A stretch of DNA of 64,000 bases, from positions 1 to 64,000 of IMG/VR virus record IMGVR_UViG_3300023084_000009; one strand, written 5' to 3'. Each line of letters opens with the position of its first letter. Position 1 is the stretch's first letter. The notes below the pieces were generated by a model. That model searched no databases. It was not told the origin of the DNA and saw only the letters and a list, made by a program, of their open reading frames with translations. Below are positions 56,301 to 64,000 of this stretch, piece by piece. The translations under genes were made by a program, and so were the position numbers. The stretch comes from a virus.

Positions 56301-57113
56301 TCTAGTTACAATATCATCACCAATCGAAGCTCCTCCACCACCAGATCCAGCAGTAAGAGATCCAGCAATAAAAAGATCACTTTGGAAAGTTCCAACTCCA
56401 GCAACTGTAAAACCGCCATCAAAATATGAAGATGTTTGAGTAATTGTTACTCCAGATCCAATATGAACACTGTTATTATCTCCATCAATAACTACAGAAG
56501 AAGATCCAACAGTCAATATGCCAGTAATCCTAGCATCACCATGTACATCTAATGCATAAATTGAACTTGCTGTTGTTGTTGAAACACCAAGATTTGCCGT
56601 AGTGCTAATACCATTAACACCTGATACCCAATATCTACTACCCTGAACCCCTTGAATACCTTGAATGCCTTGAGTACCCTGAACCCCTTGAACACCCTGA
56701 ACGCCGGTGGTTCCTTGAGGTCCAGCAGATTCAAAGGTAACTACATCTACAATATCTCCAGCAACTAATGCAGAATTTAGAATTAAAGTATTACCAGCAG
56801 AAGTTGTGTATTCTGTCGTGGTTAAGTGGACGCCATTAACAAAGACATCCATAGAACCAATCAGTGCATAATTTACACTGAAGTTGGTTTGTCCTTCTGT
56901 TGCTACAAATCTATATTCATCCCTATCAAAGTTAGAACCTTGAATACCTTGAATACCCTGAACACCTTGAACTCCTTGTGTTCCTTGAGTACCTTGAGGT
57001 CCTAGTTGGCCAAGTCTTTTCCAGGATGACCCATTCCACTGCCATCTATTGCCATTGGCAACGTAAATGTCATTTATAGATGGACTTAACGGAAAATCTA
57101 GTGCTGCTGCCAT
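53358..57113 (-). CDS. Tail fibre with beta-helix region and S74 chaperone
   Basis: YYVATTGSDSNSG...PYLTIAQAL; TSDERFKENI...GIIAQEVE. Confidence 0.8.
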   Translation of the reverse strand: MAAALDFPLSPSINDIYVANGNRWQWNGSSWKRLGQLGPQGTQGTQGVQGVQGIQGIQGSNFDRDEYRFVATEGQTNFSVNYALIGSMDVFVNGVHLTTTEYTTSAGNTLILNSALVAGDIVDVVTFESAGPQGTTGVQGVQGVQGTQGIQGIQGVQGSRYWVSGVNGISTTANLGVSTTTASSIYALDVHGDARITGILTVGSSSVVIDGDNNSVHIGSGVTITQTSSYFDGGFTVAGVGTFQSDLFIAGSLTAGSGGGGASIGDDIVTRNLYTNGISTFASQISGTTASFSGDVTVGGVLKYEDVTNVDSVGIATARSGLRVTGGGLDVVGVATFNNGVDTIDVDGHTELDNVNISGIVTAFELDVDGHTELDALNVSGVATATRFDGDLNALGKTYYVATTGSDSNSGDNINEPYLTIAQALSVVTNGDIINISAGTYEETCPLTVPRGVTVKGAGLRATTIKPSDATKTNNVFELNDISTLEDFTIKDSFYNSSTDTGYAFAYATGIAITTRSPYIQRVTVLNTGSTVTTSDPYGYDTPDNPPTTYLAGRGALVDGSKVASNSLEAGMLFNEVTFFTPNNKGIILTNGARAEYLNCFHYFASQAIVGLGGTVGIAGTAETRLKFRTPGVTPSVNDVVKLYDSGGSVVAVGTITNYNTDYARISGKGYGTFTSVGIGTTQDVRFFQSDGVTQTGIASAITLADYTMFGAEMRSVGCAVEYGSQGVVADGVGVQLRLFATNFNHVGTGKDFTNDATLVVQSNEVVELNSGQVSFVSIDQSGDFRVGDSLYINQETGQVSFASTSYDLENVGNLVVTDGVSNQTLITPTSLTVGNLQLAANTFSSTTGNINIDPAASNKTIINGSLDVNGGNLTVSGISTFQDNVYLGDDDRLYFGDGDDLQIYHGGGHSFIREIGTGRLYLDGSSVHIRSNSNELAIEANQNAEVSLYYNNSKKFETTVGGVDITGHAELDNVNISGILTATSAEFSGNVTVLGDLTYENVTNQDSIGIATARSGLRITGGGFEVTGVSTFNDNAYFGDNNRIYFGNDNDGWLYSDTDNLILHEDSSTGTLLLRGQDLKLQNPSQSNENWVEALNDGSGRTVRLFYNGSKKLETTGYGVTVVGTTFTNQVNVTGVSTFVGTIFAQGTVQAADFNTTSDERFKENIAVIDDPIGKVSQIRGVTFDWIESQGGLPSAGIIAQEVEAVMPRLVYGDTKKGVNYNGLVGLLIEVVKEQQQKIEELEQRISALE

Positions 57114-57174
57114 CAGGGATTATCTCTATTTATTTACGATGTGATATTCTATTTTAGTTATTTATGTCAACGAA

Positions 57175-57747
57175 TTACATGCCTAATAATTCTCTAAGAT
57201 CATTAACAGACAAACCAAGTTTATCCAACTTTCTTTGCGCTTCTGTCTTATAAACCCACCCTTGAGTATTATCAGATTGGTAAAGTTCTTCATCCCATTC
57301 GAAGACTACTCCAGTGGTTTGTACACTACTATCCGTTAGATAATTTCTGAAGTTACTAGGATATGGAATTGGGGGAATCCAATCATGAGAATTTCTATCG
57401 TAAGTCCATGAAGTATACGGTTGTGGTGGAAAAAACTTATTATTTTCTCTATCATAAGTGTATCCTGTTACAGCTGTTCTTTCTCTTTCAGATTTCATCT
57501 CTTCGGTTAGATCGGGATAAGTATTATCATATCTGAAAGTTCCATCGAGATTTAAATTTAAATATGATTTAACAGTTTCTGAAGCTGAAATTACCCACTC
57601 ACCACCATATTTTCTTACACACTCACTTAAACCATAATCCAAATCAATTTCATTTGTTTCTGGATTTGTGACATCATTATCATCAAGATGTATAACTCTT
57701 TCAACTATATTATTTTCATTTATTGAGGCAAAATAATGGTTTGACAT
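57175..57747 (-). CDS. MAHFA-type fibre-tip accessory protein
   Basis: YFASINENNIVERVI...GYTYD...FFPPQPY.SW...WIPPIPYP. Confidence 0.7.
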   Translation of the reverse strand: MSNHYFASINENNIVERVIHLDDNDVTNPETNEIDLDYGLSECVRKYGGEWVISASETVKSYLNLNLDGTFRYDNTYPDLTEEMKSERERTAVTGYTYDRENNKFFPPQPYTSWTYDRNSHDWIPPIPYPSNFRNYLTDSSVQTTGVVFEWDEELYQSDNTQGWVYKTEAQRKLDKLGLSVNDLRELLGM

Positions 57748-57751
57748 TTTC

Positions 57752-58693
57752 TTACGCTTGATAACCTTCTACTTTAATTATAACAATTCCTGGGCATCCA
57801 GCGCCACCAGAAGCACCTCCAGTAGTGCTTCCACCACATTCAGAACCACCGCCGCCACCGCCGCCACCGCCGCTAAATCCAGTTCCACCGCCGCCGCCAC
57901 GAGCACCATTACCACTATACTCACAAAGACCAGCAGCCTGATTTCCATCGGTTCCATTTCCTGGAGTTGGAACAGCAGGTGCTAAAGAAGTTGGTAAAGC
58001 ACTACTTCTTGTTATAACTAAACCACCGCCGCCACCGCCGCCACCGTTTCCAGCAAACGAAGATCCACCGTTTTGACCACCAGGTCCACCATTTCCATTA
58101 GAAAAAGTATAGTCTGAAAAGAAAGGAGACCAAGGACTAATAGTATATGAAGCATTGGTGCCAGCAGGACCTGCGTAAGCACCACCACTTCCTGGAGTAC
58201 TCGGTCCACCAGAATATGGTCCGCCACCAGGAGAAGAACCACCTGGAAATAAAGAACCAGGAGCAGATGGAAGAGTGATTGGAACAGAAGATCCCAAAGT
58301 CGCTATTGTATTGTTCAATTTATATACTAGTGTTCCACTAGCACCACCTCCACCAGAACCACCACCAGAGTCACTACCACCATTACCTGGTGATCCACTA
58401 CCACCCGATCCACCTGGAGTTAAGTGTATAACATCAACTCTGGCATCGGGAGCAAAAGAAATATCTGCTGTTAAATTCGCTGTTCCAGGAGAAGTAAATA
58501 CAAAATATTGTGTCTCCCTATTCATATTTTTAACTGAAAGCCAACCACCTTCTCCAGAATAAGATTCTATGGAAGAAGTGGTTGAGTTAAAAATAACAGT
58601 ACCTATAGCAGTTCCAACACCAGCATTTCTACCAGCACTATCAGTAGAAGCAATACCAAGGTAACTTTGTGATAGATCTCTATTTCTGGACAT
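57752..58693 (-). CDS. Glycine-rich tail-tip protein
   Basis: VFTSPGT...polyGly...GIVIIKV. Confidence 0.7.
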   Translation of the reverse strand: MSRNRDLSQSYLGIASTDSAGRNAGVGTAIGTVIFNSTTSSIESYSGEGGWLSVKNMNRETQYFVFTSPGTANLTADISFAPDARVDVIHLTPGGSGGSGSPGNGGSDSGGGSGGGGASGTLVYKLNNTIATLGSSVPITLPSAPGSLFPGGSSPGGGPYSGGPSTPGSGGAYAGPAGTNASYTISPWSPFFSDYTFSNGNGGPGGQNGGSSFAGNGGGGGGGGLVITRSSALPTSLAPAVPTPGNGTDGNQAAGLCEYSGNGARGGGGGTGFSGGGGGGGGGSECGGSTTGGASGGAGCPGIVIIKVEGYQA

Positions 58694-58712
58694 TACAGAA
58701 CTTTTTAGTTAT

Positions 58713-59426
58713 TTATCTAACGTCATTCGCATACTGAACAAAAGGTCCTTGAGAATTAACGTAGTGAAGAAAGATCTGATGATGGTATGTATCATCTTCT
58801 TTTCTCCTAATCGTTCTCCAAAGATTCTTGACCTTGCTATGCCTACTTTCTAGTGGATCTCTCCAGTGCTCACGCTCGCAACCCTTATAAACAGCAGCAT
58901 CACCATTCTTCATTACAACACATGACTCACTACCATCAGGTCTTTCAAACCAAATAGGCCAAGGTTTATCTGAGTTTGTACTAATTTGAAGAGTTACACT
59001 AATTTCACATGCTGGACGATCACTATGCCGACTTAACTCTTGACCAAGATAATAAAAGCGATCATAGAAATAAGTGGGAAGTAAATCAATGCCTAAGCAT
59101 TTTTCTATTTCTTTACGAACAATGTAATGTAACTGCTTGTACATTGGTACATTATATCTGGCAAGAGATCCATTTACTTGCATCTCTTCTGGTTCAAAAA
59201 TAACCTTATCCTTACGGACATAGTTCATTTGACCAGATAGTCTTTTGCCAGTTTCATCCAGTGGAGGAGAACAATACAGGTTTTCAGGATCTAAGATAAG
59301 TCCAGGAAGAAAAAGATAACCATTCTCTTCAAAGGACTTATTCTTTGTCATGTCTGTGGTTGTTGGAAGGCAAGTACGACTATACCCCTCAGCATAAGAA
59401 CCACCAGTCGATACATACTCTTTCAT
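58713..59426 (-). CDS. 2OG-Fe(II) oxygenase
   Basis: RHSDRPACEISVTL...YKGCEREHWR...QIFLHYV; TGATG-coupled start at 59426. Confidence 0.82.
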   Translation of the reverse strand: MKEYVSTGGSYAEGYSRTCLPTTTDMTKNKSFEENGYLFLPGLILDPENLYCSPPLDETGKRLSGQMNYVRKDKVIFEPEEMQVNGSLARYNVPMYKQLHYIVRKEIEKCLGIDLLPTYFYDRFYYLGQELSRHSDRPACEISVTLQISTNSDKPWPIWFERPDGSESCVVMKNGDAAVYKGCEREHWRDPLESRHSKVKNLWRTIRRKEDDTYHHQIFLHYVNSQGPFVQYANDVR

Positions 59427-60043
59427 CACTTCCACCTCGGACCAACTACCCATCCAACAATACTCTTACGCAAACCAGAACGTACTTTACGAACTCTATG
59501 GGGAGTACGTGAATCAAATACCATCAAAGTTCCTCTTTGCTTTGGTGCAAAATAGGTCTTACCACTATTGTCTAAGAACTGAACTTCACCACCAGTATAT
59601 TCAGAAGGATCAGAAAGTTGTAGTGCAAAAGAAAGTTTCCTTATGTATTCACCATTTAAAGTTACTTGATCCTCGGCAAGATTGTTACCAGAACCAGCAA
59701 CGATTTGTGGTTTATAACAAGTGTCTATACCAGCATCAATGTGCCACTTATAGAATTGTCCTTCTCCATACTGTGTGTATTGAATATTTCCACCATCAAT
59801 CTCTGTCAGATCATAGCAAAAATTCTCACGATTTACCTTGTCAATGTAGTACCACAACCAACCACCAATCCAGTGAGAGGTTGGAACCCATACATTTTTG
59901 CTATTACGAATGACTTTATCTACTTCTGCACCCATGATTTGAGAATCTTGTGCCTGTTCATCAAATCTTTTAAGGTCTTTTTCGATAATTTCTACAATGT
60001 CAGTTGGCATCTCAGTCATGTGCCAACATGTTAAATACGCCAT
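59426..60043 (-). CDS. 2OG-Fe(II) oxygenase (prolyl-4-hydroxylase/PiuC-like)
   Basis: YKWHID...RKLSF..QLSDP.EY.GGE...FDSRTPHRV...RKSIVGW. Confidence 0.88.
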   Translation of the reverse strand: MAYLTCWHMTEMPTDIVEIIEKDLKRFDEQAQDSQIMGAEVDKVIRNSKNVWVPTSHWIGGWLWYYIDKVNRENFCYDLTEIDGGNIQYTQYGEGQFYKWHIDAGIDTCYKPQIVAGSGNNLAEDQVTLNGEYIRKLSFALQLSDPSEYTGGEVQFLDNSGKTYFAPKQRGTLMVFDSRTPHRVRKVRSGLRKSIVGWVVGPRWK

Positions 60044-60067
60044 ACTTGAATAATATCCTTCAGGTTG

Positions 60068-60096
60068 ATTATATAGTAAAGTATCAAAGATGTCAA
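60068..60096 (-). promoter_or_regulatory. Consensus sigma70 promoter for the oxygenase pair
   Basis: TTGACA-N17-TATAAT, exact. Confidence 0.85.
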
Positions 60097-60100
60097 TAAT

Positions 60101-60346
60101 TTATTCTTCAGATGATTCCTGTAAGAGAGCAATGAGTGCTAGTTTTTGCTCACGAGTTAGGGATTCGAAAGGATCTGATTCTTCAACTGGTTCTACTACT
60201 GTTGGATGATCGTTTTCAATTGGATGACAACACTCATCATCACACACAGCAGTACATCCTTCTGGTGGAGACCATACAGAAGTGTCTCCGTCCCATACAA
60301 CGCGATTAATACACTTGCCTTCTGAATTTAAGATTGCGTAGATCAT
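60101..60346 (-). CDS. Small fibre accessory protein
   Basis: YAILN..GKCINRVVWDG...WSPPEG; SD GGAGGT. Confidence 0.65.
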   Translation of the reverse strand: MIYAILNSEGKCINRVVWDGDTSVWSPPEGCTAVCDDECCHPIENDHPTVVEPVEESDPFESLTREQKLALIALLQESSEE

Positions 60347-60363
60347 TTTTTTACCTCCTTATT

Positions 60364-61584
60364 TTACCATGCCCAAACACGGATTCGACCGTCGCCGCCG
60401 TTTCCGCCAGCGCCAGAATCGCCTTGACCGTCAAACGATGCGCCACCACCGGCGCCACCACCACCTATCGCTGCATTACCACCAGCACCAGCATCTCCAG
60501 TTTTATTCGGAGCACCGCCGCCAGCACCACTAAGTCCACCGGCAGAAATGCTTCCACCCGATTCACCATCAGTCGATCCAGCATTATTGGTGAATGGAGC
60601 ATCAGAAGGATTCCAACCTCCAGGAGTTGCTAGATAACTAGTAGTGTTATATGCAGCACCGCCACCACCGCCAGCGCCGCACCAGCCTTGAAAACCACCG
60701 GCTGAAGCGTAAATCTGTGGATAATTATTGGTGCGGGACCCGCCGGGTCCTAGATATCTGAAGTTATTGTAAGCTGAATATTGTCCCCAGGCAACTGGGA
60801 CTGTGTTGTTGTAAGGATTAGTCCCAACACTGTCATCGTCACCACCTTTACCTTTTGTTCCAAAACCACTAGTAAGGTGAGATCCAAATGATGATGTGCC
60901 ACCATCTGTACCATCATTACCATTTGTACTATCCGCTGTAACAGAAGCTCCACCGGTTCCGCCAGCGGCAATAGTAATTGACTCTGTTGATCCTAGAGAA
61001 CTAGCAGCAAAAATTTTCTTAGTTATAGGACTTCCCCAACCACCTGATCCACCATTGGTTCTAGTATTGGAAGCACCTTTTCTTCCACTACCGCCGCCGC
61101 CCCCGCCGCCGATAACTTCGACTTCAACCCAGGTTACACCAGCAGGTTTTGTCCAAGTTCCGTTAGATGTAAATTCTTGGAAATCAAGTGAAGAACCACC
61201 ACCAGACCCAGTAATACCTTGGGTGCCTTGTGTTCCAGATCCAGTAGTACCTTGAATTCCTTGAACTCCCTGGGAACCAACAACTCCCTGAGTACCTGTG
61301 GTTCCTTGTCTTCCTTCAGTACCTTGAATCCCGTATCCCTGAACACCCTGAGTTCCTGTGTTTCCTTGAATGCCCTGAGTTCCTTGAGCACCATCGGAAG
61401 GTCCTTGAAGACCCTGCACTCCTTGAATCCCTTGGACACCAGATGAAGGTCCTTGTGTTCCTTGAGTACCTTGAGTGCCTAGATTCGATCTAACCCAAGA
61501 CGATCCGTTCCATTGCCAGGTAGTACTATTCGCACTATAAGTTTGATTTAAACTTGGATTATCTGGAAAATTAAGTGCAGGCAT
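60364..61584 (-). CDS. GXQ collagen plus glycine-rich tip protein
   Basis: FTSNGTWTKPAGV..VEVEVIGGGGGGG...GGDGRIRVWAW. Confidence 0.78.
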   Translation of the reverse strand: MPALNFPDNPSLNQTYSANSTTWQWNGSSWVRSNLGTQGTQGTQGPSSGVQGIQGVQGLQGPSDGAQGTQGIQGNTGTQGVQGYGIQGTEGRQGTTGTQGVVGSQGVQGIQGTTGSGTQGTQGITGSGGGSSLDFQEFTSNGTWTKPAGVTWVEVEVIGGGGGGGSGRKGASNTRTNGGSGGWGSPITKKIFAASSLGSTESITIAAGGTGGASVTADSTNGNDGTDGGTSSFGSHLTSGFGTKGKGGDDDSVGTNPYNNTVPVAWGQYSAYNNFRYLGPGGSRTNNYPQIYASAGGFQGWCGAGGGGGAAYNTTSYLATPGGWNPSDAPFTNNAGSTDGESGGSISAGGLSGAGGGAPNKTGDAGAGGNAAIGGGGAGGGASFDGQGDSGAGGNGGDGRIRVWAW

Positions 61585-61608
61585 TATTCAACTTTTTAGA
61601 AATATTTA

Positions 61609-63879
61609 TTAGAGAGCAACTGCATATGCAATTGCTATGGCTTCAGAAACTCCACCACCACCGCCACCTGCTCCAGAAGGACCTTGAACACCCTGAGCAC
61701 CTTGAGCACCACCAGTGTCACCCTGAATACCTAAAATACCTTGAGCACCCTGAACGCCAGCGCCCGTAATACCTTGAACACCCTGAGTACCATATGTACC
61801 CTGAAGACCTGTTATACCCTGTGTTCCTTGAGTACCAGCACCTGTAGTACCTTGAGCACCTTGAGCACCATCAATACCTTGAATTCCCTGAGTGCTGCCG
61901 CCACCACCACCAGAGAATATCGAACCATTTTGATAAAGGTCCCCAGTGAAATATATGTCTCCAGCAACAGTTACACCAGTACCAATAGTTTCAAGTTTCT
62001 TAGTATCCTTGTGATAAAGTTCGGCACTTCCAGATCCAGTGAACACTGCCGTTCTTCCACTGCTACCAAGATAAGTACCAGATACGCCACCACTTGAGAT
62101 AACTACATCACCAGAGGTTCCACCAGAATCATTAGACTGCAGATGCAAATCATTACTAGCATTAGCAGATACCTTGAGTGCTGATGATTGTGGAGTTAAT
62201 CTCCCTTTTAGAGAACCACTAAATTTGACATCTAAAGCACTATTAGTGGTAGATCTATCAATAATAACTCTATCACTAAATGTAGAAAGACCAGTTGCAG
62301 TTACACCACCAGTAATACTTACACCAGCACCAGTTGTTCTGATTCTACGAGTATTATCATAATAAAGAATACACGATCCATCATCAATATACTGTGCTTT
62401 TATTTCCGTTCCTGCTTGATTATTGAATATAATCTGATTTGCCTTAATAACTAAAGACCCGCTGGCATCTTCTTCCGAGAAGACAGTGTGACCACCTTGG
62501 GCTGCTGGCAATTTATAAATTTGCATTCGATCGCCAGCACTAGATCCAATGTTCAAAACATTGTTATTATTTCCATCTAGTGTTCTAACAACAATATTAT
62601 TACCATTGGTATCTAAATCACCACCGAGTTTTGGTGTAGTATCTTCAAAAATACTAGAGATTCCAGATCCACCACCGCCACCACCACTTGAAACATTAGA
62701 ACTGGTGAAGACCGCATTACCCATATAATCATGGGCTGAGCACTGATAATGTAGAACTGCTGGTGTGGTATCTGTGATTGTTATCTCAGTATATGCACCA
62801 GAACTTCCTGCAGTTCCTGCTGTTGTTACGTTAGTTGTGTATTGAGTGGTCTTGTCTGCAGTGGTATAAAAACGTAGAGGGTGAGTACTATTAGAAGAAT
62901 GACTTTGATCAAATCTATAAGTTCTACCAGGCTGAAGATATAAGAAAGGAGATTCAAAACCAGTCTCTACATTCCTTCTTAAATAATAAGCACTAGAAGA
63001 TCCTTGGCCACTATATCTGTGATTACCACTCTTAGATTGTACAGATACATTAAAAATTACAGTACCACTGTTATGTTTTGCTGCAATAAATTCTGAATAT
63101 GATAGTTGAGAAGCTGATGCTATGCCAGTTACATTAATTCCATCAAATGTAGTTTCTAATTTTATCGATGATGAAGTGGGGTCTCCATGATAAAGTGTAA
63201 CTCCATTATCATTATCAATAACTAATCTCTGTTCATAAAGTCCTACACCTTGTCCAGGAGTAGCTCCCCGCCCAAAGGTAAACGTACCGCCTCTACCATA
63301 TAATTCCCAGTCACTATTTCCACCGGTTTGATATACATGTGCGGTTCGACCAACGCCTAGAATTTTACCATGAACAAGAGAATCCGGAATTAAAAATGAA
63401 AGTCCATTACCAAATGTAGAAACACCAGAGACATTTAATTGCTCAAAATTACCATCTAGAGCATAAGCAGTCCTCCACTTATTACTGCTAGTACCAAAAT
63501 CTACTTGCTTATTTACTTGTGGAGATAAAACTCCTTGGTCTGATAGACTAATTAATGCTGTGGAAGTTCCGTTATATTTTCTTGCAATATTTAATGCAAC
63601 TGACGATCCAGAAGTATTCGGAACTGTAAAAAGAAATCCGTTTGTAGCAGGACCAGAAACGTCTCTGGTTAGTTCAATTGCAGGACCAACTGATCTAAAA
63701 AATGTAGTGACACCAGAAACATTTAATCCAACAACACTCGCATCACCCTTAACATCGAGTTTTGCTATTGGATTTGTCGTACCTATACCAATATTTTTAC
63801 TGGCAGACGTGGCAATTATACTTGCACCGACACCAACGTCTAAACCATCTTTTACTATAAAATTCTTATAATCGGCCAA
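61609..63879 (-). CDS. Tail fibre-like protein with cupredoxin-like domain and GXQ tract
   Basis: TTG start; THPLRFY...[12 protein letters not shown]; GXQ repeats. Confidence 0.75.
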   Translation of the reverse strand: MADYKNFIVKDGLDVGVGASIIATSASKNIGIGTTNPIAKLDVKGDASVVGLNVSGVTTFFRSVGPAIELTRDVSGPATNGFLFTVPNTSGSSVALNIARKYNGTSTALISLSDQGVLSPQVNKQVDFGTSSNKWRTAYALDGNFEQLNVSGVSTFGNGLSFLIPDSLVHGKILGVGRTAHVYQTGGNSDWELYGRGGTFTFGRGATPGQGVGLYEQRLVIDNDNGVTLYHGDPTSSSIKLETTFDGINVTGIASASQLSYSEFIAAKHNSGTVIFNVSVQSKSGNHRYSGQGSSSAYYLRRNVETGFESPFLYLQPGRTYRFDQSHSSNSTHPLRFYTTADKTTQYTTNVTTAGTAGSSGAYTEITITDTTPAVLHYQCSAHDYMGNAVFTSSNVSSGGGGGGSGISSIFEDTTPKLGGDLDTNGNNIVVRTLDGNNNNVLNIGSSAGDRMQIYKLPAAQGGHTVFSEEDASGSLVIKANQIIFNNQAGTEIKAQYIDDGSCILYYDNTRRIRTTGAGVSITGGVTATGLSTFSDRVIIDRSTTNSALDVKFSGSLKGRLTPQSSALKVSANASNDLHLQSNDSGGTSGDVVISSGGVSGTYLGSSGRTAVFTGSGSAELYHKDTKKLETIGTGVTVAGDIYFTGDLYQNGSIFSGGGGGSTQGIQGIDGAQGAQGTTGAGTQGTQGITGLQGTYGTQGVQGITGAGVQGAQGILGIQGDTGGAQGAQGVQGPSGAGGGGGGVSEAIAIAYAVAL

Positions 63880-63928
63880 GGTACTGTTCCCCCATATATT
63901 CTGGGTTTTTATACTTTCAAGTATTTAG

Positions 63929-64000
63929 TTAATAATTATATGTGTAAGTTCCTAGCACTCTAACAACATAACTGTCAGAATTTCCAACCCCAGTATTATT
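63929..64000 (-). CDS. 3' end of a gene truncated by the window edge
   Basis: Open frame NNTGVGNSDSYVVRVLGTYTYNY-stop just before late promoter CTAAATA (63922-63928). Confidence 0.5.
   Translation of the reverse strand, partial: NNTGVGNSDSYVVRVLGTYTYNY

Overview
A 64-kb segment of a T4-like cyanobacterial myovirus (Kyanoviridae-like), read almost entirely on the minus strand. It has four parts. (i) Two large tail-fibre/virion-appendage regions (about 2-28 kb and 47-64 kb) built from shuffled modules: Gly-X-Gln collagen-like repeats, S74 chaperone ends, a collar domain, gp38-like glycine-rich tips and cupredoxin-like domains. These regions are interspersed with two flavin-dependent halogenases and four 2OG-Fe(II) oxygenases. 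(ii) A T4 core block: gp5-like, gp26, gp51, gp4, gp48, gp53, gp32, gp59, gp33, an exonuclease, phoH, thyX and a glutaredoxin. (iii) Three tRNAs (Ile-UAU, CAU, Leu-UAA) downstream of a Phd/YefM-like small ORF. (iv) DNA-modification genes: a split, order-swapped amino-methyltransferase and a Mom-like enzyme. The most striking element is at 44.2-45.0 kb. There, an NtcA-type box and a sigma70 promoter drive an interlocked double glutamine-riboswitch-like RNA whose inner stem-loop contains an entire 64-codon ORF, followed by YRG/DUF4278-type peptides and a terminator; this looks like a self-contained nitrogen-sensing operon. An identical 24-nt palindrome forms one of its hairpins and also fills a tRNA spacer 32 kb away. 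All family assignments were made by recognising motifs by eye; no searches were run.
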